A DNA stretch of 63,782 nucleotides, filler included, from Folioceros fuciformis (Eukaryota): the NCBI GenBank assembly GCA_049999805.1. It is 13 parts of 13 records of this genome, joined end to end, with 100 filler letters (N's around TTAATTAATTAA, not from the genome) between each part and the next. Parts side by side here need not be neighbours in the genome. Positions count along the whole stretch, not along the records: positions 1 to 1,048 come from JBNGIO010003213.1; positions 1,149 to 3,989 come from JBNGIO010003214.1; positions 4,090 to 6,717 come from JBNGIO010003215.1; positions 6,818 to 15,406 come from JBNGIO010003216.1; 9 more parts are not named here. The stretch is one strand, 5' to 3'. The notes beneath the pieces are model-generated. The model had not been told where the DNA came from and did no database searches. It was given only the letters and a program-made list of their open reading frames with translations. The translations under genes were made by a program, and so were the position numbers. Of the stretch, positions 1 to 11,430 are shown one piece after another (position 1 is the stretch's first letter; each line of letters begins with the position of its first letter).

Positions 1-153
1 ATCCATGTTGCAGTAAGGGAGAGTGTGCTCTCCACTTTGTTTTTCTTGATTTGATCCATGTTGCAGTAAGGGAGAGTGTGCTCTCCACTTTGTTTTTCTT
101 GATTTGATCCATGTTGCAGTAAGGGAGAGTGTGCTCTCCACTTTGTTTTTCTT
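1..153. repeat. 53-bp tandem repeat, about 3 copies
   Basis: ATCCATGTTGCAGTAAGGGAGAGTGTGCTCTCCACTTTGTTTTTCTTGATTTG starts at 1, 54 and 107. Confidence 0.95.
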
Positions 154-884
154 CTAAAAAAAAGAACAAGAAAAAAAAGGAGAAAAGAAAAAGGAAAACA
201 ATGATTGCGAGGAGGAAGGGGGTGGATCCCCGTCCATCAGATGTGGTTGGAGACAGGAGTCGAACATTAAGCATCCTCTGGAAAGTGTGACTTCGGAGCC
301 ACCAGACCACACTTGGTTCCTGTGAGGTAATGTGATTCTAGCAAGACTAAACTATACTAACACACAATGCCCCGGCATTGCTCCGGAGAGGATCTCCACC
401 ATGCCCCGGCTCGCGTCGCCTTTACGGCCTGTCACTCATATGCCCCTTCTTCGGACGGCGGCTCCGGGCGATGGAGGCGTACAAGGCGGCCAGGCAAGCA
501 GCGCAGGAGGAGGTTTTTTCGTGCAGGCTACTGTGCTCGGCGGGATTGAGCCCCGGCCAGGAGGTGGAGGACTCTGTGGCTGCCGGGTCGCATGCATCAC
601 GGGAGGAGCAGGGATCAGTCAAATGCACTGCGACCTGCTTGGAGATCAGATGTAGGGCACCACCAGAGATGGCGGCGCCCCATCCCCCTAGCCCTTCCGC
701 TTCCGTTGCAAGGGGGGGAGGCCGTGAATCGAACTACGGCATTCGATCTGGCCAGGGCATCGGTCTCAGGCGGGCGCGCTTGGATGCTCCTGTGATGGTT
801 AGGTCTGGGCTCGCAGTTTTGGAGTTGTGGTGCCCTCAAATTGTCCTCCGGACACACCGAGCAGGTGTGTCTTGTGCATACAGT

Positions 885-1048
885 GCAGGAGGGCACACAA
901 TGGGAGGGCACTCTATTGGAGGGCACGCAGTTGATCACGCGCTCTGATCTCGCAGCAGGAGGGCACATTGCAAGAGGGCACTCTGCTAGAGGGCACGCTA
1001 TTGATCATGCCCTCTGATCCCGCAGCAGAAGGGCATACTCTGCTGGAG
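885..1048. repeat. Degenerate GAGGGCAC-containing tandem repeats at contig end
   Basis: Recurring GGAGGGCAC / GTTGATCA-CGC/TGC-CTCTGATC / CGCAGCAG units. Confidence 0.7.
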
Positions 1049-1148
1049 NNNNNNNNNNNNNNNNNNNNNNNNNNNNNNNNNNNNNNNNNNNNTTAATTAA
1101 TTAANNNNNNNNNNNNNNNNNNNNNNNNNNNNNNNNNNNNNNNNNNNN
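1049..1148. other. Artificial contig-joining spacer (first of 12)
   Basis: 44N+TTAATTAATTAA+44N. Identical spacers at 3990, 6718, 15407, 19787, 24545, 25806, 39778, 44780, 54220, 57746 and 62664. The core has stops in all six frames. Confidence 0.98.
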
Positions 1149-3989
1149 TGCTTCTACAAGAGGAGCTAGTGCATTCATAAAAGAATGAACACAAAGGTGA
1201 CTCGGTACTTTTTTCAAAGAAAGAAAAGTCACAAGGGAAGACCCCACAAGACAACTCCAATGAAGAATCAAAGGAGAAAGTCACAAAGAAGAAGACCTGG
1301 GGTACTTACCATTATTGTAAAAAGCCTAATCATTATGCAAAAGACTGTAAGACAAGATTGGCTGATTTGAAAAAGGGAAAACGACCACAAGCCAATCAAG
1401 TAAGTGAGAGGGAAGAAAATCTTTTTTCTGCTTCAACAATAGAGACAGGGGGAGATCGCTCATTAAAGAAGGATGAGAGTCTATATCTAGACTTTGGAGC
1501 ATCTCAACATTTTACCTACAACCGACCCTAGATCTCAAGCTACAAAGAAATGTCAACAGGGCATAAGGTGACACTTGGTGATAACACATCACATGAGATC
1601 AAAGGGAAAGGTATTATAAAGGTAAAACTACCTGGAAAGCAGTCCAAAGGTATAATAAAGGATGTACACCTTGTACCTAGTCTTGCTAAAAATCTTCTTT
1701 CTGTAGCTAAAATTACAGACCCTGGTAATGAGATTGTGTTTAACTCAAAAGGATGTCGCATCCAACCTGAGCAACCGAAATCACCTAATGTTAAGGTGAT
1801 AGCCAGAGGTATTCGGGAAGGCAATCTCTGCAAGTTGTGTGCTTCTGTAGGAAATGATGAAGCTTATGCAACTGTGTCAAGTTCACCTCCCAGCCAAGGA
1901 TCTTTAAGTCTATGGCATCAACGTCTAGGCCATACAAATATAGATACCCTTAAATTGATGCATTCCCAGAGTTTGGTTAAGGGTTTAAGTTTGGACGTTA
2001 AAGACACAGGTAATAATCAACCATGTCAAGGTTGTATCATGGGCAAGCTTCACCACTCTAAGTTCCCTAAAATCGGGGCTCATCAAGCTAGTAAGAATCT
2101 AGAGCTTGTACACACTGATGTGTGTGGACCCATGAAGAATCCTACTCATGGTGGATTACGCTATATTCTAGTCTTTGTGGATGACTTCACAAGAAGGAGT
2201 TGGCCTTATCTTTTGAAGGAGAAGTCCGAGGTTTTCAACACATTTAAGAAATGGAAGGTCTTGGTAGAAAAGAAGCGTGGAGAATTCTTAAAGACTTTGA
2301 GAAGTGACAATGGAGGGGAGTACATCTCTTCACAATTTAAAAGCTTCTGCAAGGAGTGTGGAATTCGAAGACAACTCACAATTCCTCATACGCCACAACA
2401 AAATGGAGTAGCGGAGCGTAAACTTAGAAGTCTGGTGGAATCAGCAAAATGTATGCTCCATCACAGTACATTGCAAGTACGTTTTTGAGGAAAGGCTATT
2501 ATTACAGCCATTTACATTTTGAACAGAGTTCCAACTAAGGCTGTGCTTGGAATGACACCGGAAGAGGCATGGTTTGGCATTAAACCTACTGTTATTCACT
2601 TTAGGATTTTTGGTTTTGTGGTTTATGCTCATGTTCCAAAGCAAAATCGAACCAAATGGGATTCTAAAGGCATGCAATGCATCATGCTTAGATACTCTGA
2701 TGAGGTAAAGGGGTATCGGTTATATAACCCTTCTACGAAGAAAATCATCTTTAGTAGAGATGTTGTCTTTGATGAAGTATTAAATCTTCCTAAAACAGTG
2801 GGATAAACTCCTGTAGTTATCACGGAGTATAAGGAGGTAAATGAGACACCTCTAGATACATCATTTGATTCTTCTCCTCATGTAGATCAGACTCCTGATC
2901 TTGAGGGTAGATCCCTTTCTGATAATGTAGGGGATATATGCAGTGTTGCAGATACTGAAACAAAATCTGATCCAACCAATCCAGAGGAGCCTACACCAGA
3001 TCTTAGGAGATCAACAAGGAGTACGAAACCTTCAAGAAAGCTTTTGGAGTCAATGAATGCATGTGACACAGAAATGGCTTTGTTAGTAAATACTTATGAG
3101 CCACAAACGTGAAGGAAGCATTGGAAGGACCGAAGGCTAAGGAGTGGAGAGCAGCTCTAGATAGTGAATATAATTCAATTATCAAGAATAAGACTTGGAA
3201 AATCACTTCTCTTCCTCCAGGAAAAAAGTGCATAGGATCAAAATGGGTATTCAAAATCAAACATAACACTGATGGAAGCATCGAGCGTTACAAGGCAAGA
3301 ATGGTAGGAAAAGGATATACACGTGTCAAGTGTTGATTACACAGACACTTTCTCTCCCGTTGCTAAGATAACATCTATCCGGGTACTCTTAGCAATAGCA
3401 GCAACCATGGATCTGGAGATTCATCACATGGATGTTCAAACAACATTTCTTTATGGAGATTTGGAAGAAGAAATCTATATGAACCAGCCAGAAGGGTATA
3501 AGGTACTAGGTCGTGAAGATGAAGTATGTAAATTGCAAAAGGCAATCTATGGCCTCAAGTAATCAGCACTTACCTAGTATGTAAGAATTGATAACTTCTT
3601 TCTAGCAATAGGTTTTAAGAAAACCAATGGAGATGGGTACATCTATGTAAAAAGAAAAGGAAAGTCCATGATGATCATTGCCGTTTATGTTGATGATCTT
3701 ATTTTAGTTTGCAACGATTTAGAACTCTTAAAGCGTACAAAAAAGAGTCTAAATGATAGTTTTGACATGAGGGATGTGCGAGAACTTCATTATTTCTTAG
3801 GAATAAAGGTAATGAGGGATAAGTCTAATAGGATAATCTCTTTGAGTCAAAGAACATACATTGAGAATGTCCTTAAGCGATTTGGAATGCAATATTGCAA
3901 ACCAGTGAAGACACCAATGATGTTAAATGAAAAGTTGTCGAAGCAATATTGCAAACCAGTGAAGACACCAATGATGTTAAATGAAAAGT
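1149..3989 (+). mobile_element. Degenerate Ty1/copia LTR retrotransposon internal region (gag end, protease, integrase, RT)
   Basis: Zn-knuckle remnant (YCKKPNHYAKDC), protease-like YLDFGASQH, GAG-pre-integrase LWHQRLGH, integrase VHTDVCGP/DNGGEY/NGVAER, RT KWVFKIK..RYKAR and YVDD. INT precedes RT, which is copia order. Stops and frameshifts present. Confidence 0.95.
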
Positions 3990-4089
3990 NNNNNNNNNNN
4001 NNNNNNNNNNNNNNNNNNNNNNNNNNNNNNNNNTTAATTAATTAANNNNNNNNNNNNNNNNNNNNNNNNNNNNNNNNNNNNNNNNNNNN

Positions 4090-4250
4090 AGGAGAAGTAT
4101 GTGTGGCTCAAGGAGAAGTATGTGTGGCTCAAGGAGAAGTATGTGTGGCTCAAGGAGGAGTCTTTGTGGCTCAGGGAGCATTATGTGTGGCTCAAGGAGG
4201 AGTCTGTGTAGCTCAAGGAGAAGTATGTGTGACTCAAGAAGGAGTATTGA
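4090..4250. repeat. 21-bp minisatellite, about 7 copies
   Basis: AGGAGAAGTATGTGTGGCTCA and variants in tandem. Confidence 0.9.
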
Positions 4251-4699
4251 GTGGAGATTGAGGGTGTGAGTGCAGGATCGTTAGAGGAGCATGGTGAAGG
4301 AGAGGAGAGAAGGAGGCAAGGAGGAGAGGAGCCGCGGTATGGTTGGCCCTCATCTGCATCTACCAATGAGATCTGGTTGTAGAATAACAGAAGAATAGCT
4401 GGGTGTGCATGAGACTTAGCCTGCTCACATACCGTACCTCCCTTACGGGCGCGGCCAGAAACCGCGTGTCCTACAGGCGCCGTATCGCGCGTGTTCGCCG
4501 AACGGGTGGGTCCCACCACTGTGGCGAAATCCACTACTGCAGTGGCTGAATCCACTATCGTGGTTGCGGAACTCCCTACAGTGGCAGAGTTAGGGACAAA
4601 GGTGGTAAACTCAAGTATGGTGATGGAGTACGTCTAGATAGGAACTGACAGTGGAAAGTGTAGAAGTCGTAAATTTAGAATAGCTTGACATGAACCATT

Positions 4700-5560
4700 C
4701 CCTTGGGATCGAATCCTAGGACTATAACGACATAGAGGGTGAATGTGGGCCTCATAGTGTCCTCGAACACAATATTTCACTCCACACAGACCTTCCACTG
4801 AAAGCTTGCACATTGGCGCCAAATGGTCAGGACTACCACAACGGTTTCACAACGCTGTTGAGGTAGCCACAGTCGGCGCCTTAGTTGACTTAGCATATGC
4901 AAGCTTGGGACCTAAAGCTCCTCCACCTCCGAATGTGCCCCCTTTGTTAGAGAACATGCTCTAGTAGTGAGTGAATGCCTTGGAATGATGAGAGGCATAT
5001 ACTAAGAATGGAATCTCCTTGCGCTTTGCCTCCTGATGCATTCCAAGGTGTAGTTGTCCTCGTACTTTTCTACCAACAAGGTGACCAGCTGAAAGTGGAA
5101 CAAAGGGTCACCTTCCAGTGCAATCAAAAACTTCTTAGCTGCCTCCTAGTCAGGGAGCATGCTTGTCCCTTCTCGTAGTTTTTTAAAGTCTACGAAAGGT
5201 CATTTGTATTGTCTCACCCTTCTTGCGAGCAAAGTTAGCTAACTCTGCTATCTTGTCGGGGGTCTTGAGCGGGAATGCCTTCTCAAGAATAACCATGAAC
5301 TCCTCCACAGGGTTATGTGGAAGCAAAACCTCGGGCACTAATTGCCGACAGGTTCCACCTTTAGTGGCCACACTTATCCCACTGTCGTTGAGACATTGGG
5401 TTCCGTTCCCACAAAGGAGCGATGGGGTTCCTTGCTGCTGTGGAAGGAGGGTTGGACTCAATCGACTTGATGATGGATTTGAGGGCTCCCCTCCAGCTCC
5501 GATCAGACGTAGGACATGCCTCACTGTCCAGCAGTCAGCTGCACCTCTCTCGGTGCCCAC
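4700..5560 (-). mobile_element. Decayed retrotransposon gag-like region
   Basis: EEFMVILEKAFP...ELANFARKKGETIQMTFRRL resembles a retrotransposon gag core. A frameshifted CCHC knuckle (C..RCGSPDHLAPMC) lies at about 4810-4855. Confidence 0.5.
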
Positions 5561-8500
5561 AAACTCACTCCAGCCACTACAATGACCCTAACCTCTCAAA
5601 TCTGCGACTTCCCTCACTCACTTCACTCACTCTCTCGCTCCAACACCAGCACCAGCAACTAACAACGACACCACTACCTTCTACATTTCCCTACTGACTC
5701 CTACCCTGCAAGAGTCACTATACCAACCCCAAAGAAAAGAAAGAAGGGAACACACTCCCCTCTCGGATATCTCCTCCCCACAACCTTAGAAGACGCCATG
5801 AAACATGGCCGGCCTACAGCACTTGTCCAAACAGGGAACAAAAGTGGACAGGTCGAGAGAAAGACACATCCTTTACAATCAAGAGCTAGGGGCAAGCCCC
5901 TTCACCCTGGTCATTACACCTTGTGATCCTACCAGACACTGTACAATTGGCAACACGCGGCTTGCGATCCTACCAGACGTTGCACAGCCAGCAACACACT
6001 GTAGGTCCTAAACCAAGCAGGGACAGACCACAAGAGCTCATGAAGAGAGTACCTCCAAGAGCTCACGAAGTGACAGACTGACTCCCAAAGTGAATGACTA
6101 CCTCCTCCTACAGGCTCACCTAATCTTATAGGAGCCTCTCTCTCTCTCTGACTTCACCTCTCTCTAACTTGACAAATATTATTTTAATAGGACCACTAGC
6201 CTAGCCGGCTGTCACCAGCCACTTATTTAGACTTTTAGCACATCCTACCACCAATGAGCTGGCCCTACCACCACAAGGATCTACCACCTCTTAGACTATC
6301 CTGAGACTTCGGAGGGTGTCTGATCTTCAAAGATCTACGGACACCGCCTCTTCCTTGCTGGATGACCGCCCGCTAAGTCTTCCCCTGCAACTGTTCACCC
6401 TTGGTGGCTGATCCAGCCTCCAAGGGAGGAGTATGAGTAGTGGGAAAGATGGAGAGGAGGTAAGAAGCAATGGGATCAGCAGCTGGAACCTGGCCTGAAA
6501 ACGGTAGCTTATTCAGCAGAATCAACTTCCAGCCGAAATGGTTCCCTGGCCATGGAAGACTGACCCTAGGGTGCTGGAATAGGCCCCGAACTAGGAGGAG
6601 AAGAAAGCAAGTGAAACAGAGTTGAATTGGAATTTCTAGAATTAAATCCAGAAAAATAGGGGTGAAAATAGAAAAGGAGAAATTAGGAAAATAAAAAGAA
6701 AAGAAATATGGGGATACNNNNNNNNNNNNNNNNNNNNNNNNNNNNNNNNNNNNNNNNNNNNTTAATTAATTAANNNNNNNNNNNNNNNNNNNNNNNNNNN
6801 NNNNNNNNNNNNNNNNNCAAAGGGGCGGGGCGTGGCGTGGGGCCGGCCCGGGGGGTACTGGACAGTAACTGTATATATCCATCCGGACCGGGAATCAGGG
6901 TTAGGGTGACTCCACGGGGTTGGGTCCAGCCAGGCTGGTGGCCCGTGACAGGCACCTCGGGGCACTCCATCCCCATCATTTGCTGCCAGACAAAGGGAGC
7001 TACCCGATTTTGGCTTCTATTTCTGGCGGCGTGCGCCAAACTTGCTGCTATTATAAGGACCAACTGAGACCTAAACTCTGGCCTAGCCCCTGGAACACAC
7101 AACTGTTCACAGAGTGCCATGTGGCGGGGTGTTGTACAGAAGAACATGTTTTCCTGTGGAATAAAAAAGTAAGGAAGGCTGTATCTCAAGTAGATCTGTG
7201 GTACTTGTACCATTCTTCTGCAGGGTTGCTGCTGGATCCCAGCCTCCCATGTGCCCTGTAAAGTGGTTTTGTAGGCCTCTATTGCACAGATACACTGCCC
7301 ATTTGCGGAGCCTGTTTGCCACATCCCGGTGGGGTCTCACAGGACCCACCTCCCCGGTACCCAGACTGCTGGAGGCCGATCGACTCGCCACCTTCTCCTC
7401 TCACACTCTTTTTTTTGCAGGCCCGGCCCGAGGATGTGTGGTTGCTGCCTGCGCAGGTTGGATGCCGTTGCTTCGCTGAGATAGGATATGGTGACGGAAT
7501 GCTGGCTTCCGTCACCGCATTGGTGGACACAAGAGTATCTCAAACTCTGGAGCCTGGTCATCTTTCATCCTCGGGTCTTAACTTTGCCTTGCCCTTTTCT
7601 GTGTCTTCCTTTCCTGGATGCTCGCATCTGTGGGGAAAAGAATTGCTGGAAATTGGAACCTGCTTGACCATGTGAAACAAGTGGTCAGACTTCTTGCAAG
7701 TGAGCCGAACTTGTCACGCTGCCCTTCCGAGTGATTCCATCAACAGCCGACCGAAAAAAGCACCCAACACATAGATGTTGTTCACAACAGTCTCCTGGGG
7801 TTGAAGGAATCGAACGGATTCCCACTCTTGCCTTTGATACCAAACCACTTTGGAAGCTGCGGGGACAGCTTTTCTGCAAACAAGCACAGCGATCATTGCC
7901 CAGATTGTGTACTTTTGATGGACAACTGTACAAGTTCACCTGAAACAGCAGGCTGCTCAAGCATGCTTACTCTCATCCCATCTGTCGTCAATCTGAGAGC
8001 ATACAAAAGTTGGTGACCTGCAATCTATATCAGCTCTGCACCCGATTGCTCAACACGCACTTCATCCAAAAGCCCTTGAGATCGGACATACGCTGTTGCT
8101 CGATCATTTTAACAGGTCTGGAACAGACGACAGCTTGTGGAGAAAGCTCCACGCGATGCTCTCATTACTCGGGCTGTTGAAGTCAGTTATGTCTTCCGTG
8201 TAACAGTTAGTTTGTAAGTAGGAACCTGGAATACTTGGCTCTTCAGCATCGATCTCGCCAAGAGCCAGTGGGATGTGCTGCCAAGACTTCTGTTGCAGAG
8301 AATGTACATACTGCACGATTTGGCTACTGCAAACCTGAGCACAGTCATTGCCGCCTTCAGTTCGACACGACATCAGCATCCCAGAGCCTAACCTCCTCCC
8401 AGGCAATTCCTTCCCTTCTCGAGTTTATCGTTATATTTGTACATTGCCTTAAAACAAGCGCCGATTCCGGTCTGCCAGGGTTTTTCTGTCTTCCATCTCT

Positions 8501-9979
8501 TGTCCTGTGTAGGTGAGAAACTCGTGGTGAACTCGCACTGTCATGATGATGGGCCTGAGCCCAAGCGGTTGACAAGCAGGCCCGCACACTCAAGCCTCGT
8601 GACTGTATCTTCAGGGCCGAATCTGGGTCTTCCTCCTGCTTCATTTCAGGAGGGCAAACAACCTTTTGGAAAGACAAGTGTGTTCTCCGTTGTGCTAGGC
8701 ACAACAAGGAAATAGCAAGGCATTATTAGTAAGAATTTGCAGACACCATCTGCATCGTCTTTCCCGTCGCCAAGGATGCTCAGCCTGGCCAATGACCATG
8801 CGTTTCAATCCGCTGAAGCTCGCAAGTCTTGTAACACGAGAGTTTCAGTAAATTCCAGTCACGCTGCTGGATATCATCCGTCACAGAAAACATCCTTTAC
8901 GCTGTTGAAGCACGAGCTTTGCCCTGTCAAAGCTTCTGCGTTGTCTTCGTGAACTTCTCCCACACTGTTGATCGTTGCGAGCGACCTTTCGTTCTCCCAT
9001 CGCCTCGCTGCGTTGGTGATCGATGTCGTGACGCCAGTACCTGGTAGTCGATTCCCTGGTGAATCCGCGTCATGCAGCAAGACTCCAAAATTACAAACTG
9101 CAAACCTCGGAGCTTTCGATTTGTCGTACAATCTCATTCATACTTACTCCGCTTCCTGCGTTGTTGCACGTTGGAGACAGGACTTTTAGTACGGAACATC
9201 TGCCACATGTTGCACATGGATGTGCACTAGGTGTGTCTTGCTGAGAACACTATGCCATCAGAGGATGAGAAACTCATCCAACCTGCTGGCTACTGAGTAG
9301 CTTGGCTCTTATCAATATCAATACAATCTGCATGCTCACAGAAAAAAAGTATCGAAGCCAGAGAAAAGCGTCAAGATGTGAAAGAAAGTCCGGCTGGGAG
9401 TTTGTCCAGAGCCAGCACCATATTGCTCCACTTCGAGTCAAAGCCGCTGGGAGATTGAGGTCAATTGGAATCACCGCAGTTTCAACTCAACCAGTCTGAT
9501 ACAAGTGTTGCTGACATCTCCAAACGCTGCTACTGGTAGAAATGACGCTGACATCTCCAACCGCATAGTCTCAAATTTCTGATGGTACGGCTCGGTAGGG
9601 TTCAGTAGGGAGCAACATTCGGCATCGATCTGTCCTCGCAACATGCAGCAAGAGTCGGAGGACGAGCCGATCCCACCTGCCAGCTTGCAAATTCTTTTCA
9701 CCATGCGAAAGTAGAATGTTCACTTCATGTGGAGAAGAACGCACTCTGGTTAGGTGTTATATATACAATTAATAAATTTATATAAAAAAACAAGATTAAT
9801 TATATACATTCTAAACATTCGTCGCACCAACTGTGATGGATTGAAACGTCTCCGAGACAGAATACTCTTTCGAGAGTTCATCTACAAATCTGACCTGTGG
9901 CACGCACTCTCTTTGAGATCGGTGACTCAAAGCTCTAGGTTGGGAAACGACGAATCCATCAACATTGCTGTTTAAGACT

Positions 9980-11430
9980 TCACTTGCAAACAAGAACAAC
10001 AGCTATCAAACCTATCTCGACCTTACACAAGCCCTCCTTTTCCCGTTCAGTGATAATCTCCGCAATTCTAGAGAATAACAAGTTGGTGAGGGGCAATCCG
10101 AGGAGCATCTTCACGAGATTGTTGATCATGGATCTCATCACATTGCACCAGAATTTGCCAAACCTAGAATGATCAGTCTTGCACGTCTTCAATAATTCTG
10201 CAGGGTAAAAGGGGACGTCATCGAAATACTCCATGCGTCTGATCTCAAAGCGGTTTGAAGTCAGACAGTGGGCGTTGGCATCCTGTATTGACTCCTTCAC
10301 CTCCTGCATCGTTGGTTCATACACAAGGACGTTGAATTCATCTGTGTCTTCTGAGTCGATCTCTCCCTGCAATGCACAGAAACGGATCCATCAGTGTATT
10401 GCCCTTAAGAAAACTGGACTGCACAAGATTTGAGCCAGAATTGGTCTCTCATAGCCCTACCTCCTTCACCAGTACGTTCCACGACTCCTCCAAGAACTTC
10501 AATGGGGCCATCTCACGTTGGCGGTTCTCAGATCTGCTTGACACAAGAAGCAAAAGCAAACCCCCAGGTGCCACTTCCTGTGCTCGGCACATCAGAAACC
10601 TGGTGAAATCCTTCTTGAACTGCTGAGCGTACTCTGTCACTGTCTCTGAAGTGGCGCCTGCAAGCCATATTCTCCCACGATTGAAAGCAGGGGCGTTGCG
10701 GTCCATCACAGGAGGAGGAACCTTATTAAGTAAAATCTGCCATAAGAGCCCAAATTGAAACCACTCCTCATCTAGAGCTCACAATCTGCGGTACAGTTAC
10801 AAGTGTACAGACCACAGAAAATGCGATTGCTGACACGAAGCTAACGAGGAGGATCAGTCGGCAGACTGTGAGTTGTACCTGAGACAGCCAGTGGAGGGCC
10901 AGAATTGATGTCCCAACATGTAGCATGTTGCTTGGGAAGAGCCTCTTGTGAAATGATCCCGGTACTCCGGCCACGAGATATCCATCGGCTGTCTTATCCA
11001 GAGCTTCGTCTCCAAGGCAGCTGGATGGCCTCAAGAGCTGGAACAGGTTATTGAAGTCGTTACCAGGCAGATCTGCGAGGAAAGCCATAACTTCAGGCAT
11101 GAGGGTCTTCACGGAGTCTTCAATTGCATACCGCCTCTTAATCGCCTCAAAGATGGTGCTCATGGTGGACATGGTGTTGGGACCGGAAGCGCCTCCGAAG
11201 TCTGCCGTATACAGGTTCGCACGAGGCTGATCTGGAGCATTAACAGGCAAGTCGTCCATTTTCTGTATTTCCTCGCAAAAGACATGCTTCACGAGATGGA
11301 AAGGGTGTGCCTGGCCCTGTGAACAACTGGCGTATCACCAAGAAGCGTTTCCGCTAATCCCCCCCCCCCCCCCCATTGCCAGTGCGTATGCCATATCCTG
11401 AGCCTCTCTTCACCCACAATCTACTTGACA
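9980..11430 (-). CDS. SABATH-family SAM-dependent carboxyl methyltransferase, 3 exons (about 11430-10879, 10721-10461, 10366-9980); 5' end uncertain or frameshifted
   Basis: Motifs ADFGGASGPNT, DLPGNDFNNLF, AGVPGSFHKRLFP, ALHWLSQVP, NRGRI, YAQQFKKDFTRFLMCRAQEVAPGG, D.FNVLVYEPT. Canonical phase-0 GT-AG introns at 10878-10722 and 10460-10367. The N-terminal YASCSQGQ matches the SYxxNSxxQ motif. Confidence 0.9.

Noticed and set aside
1093-1104. Recurrent TTAATTAATTAA palindrome and ORFs ending '...XXXLIN'
   Set aside because: Artificial linker inside N runs, not biological
3889-3989. Duplicated QYCKPVKTPMMLNEK in copia RT
   Set aside because: Identical copies right at a contig end; probably an assembly overlap artefact
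4090-4250. Regular short repeats resembling a CRISPR array (also 1-153, 15507-15650, 19887-19958)
   Set aside because: Head-to-tail tandem repeats without unique spacers; no cas genes; plant nuclear DNA
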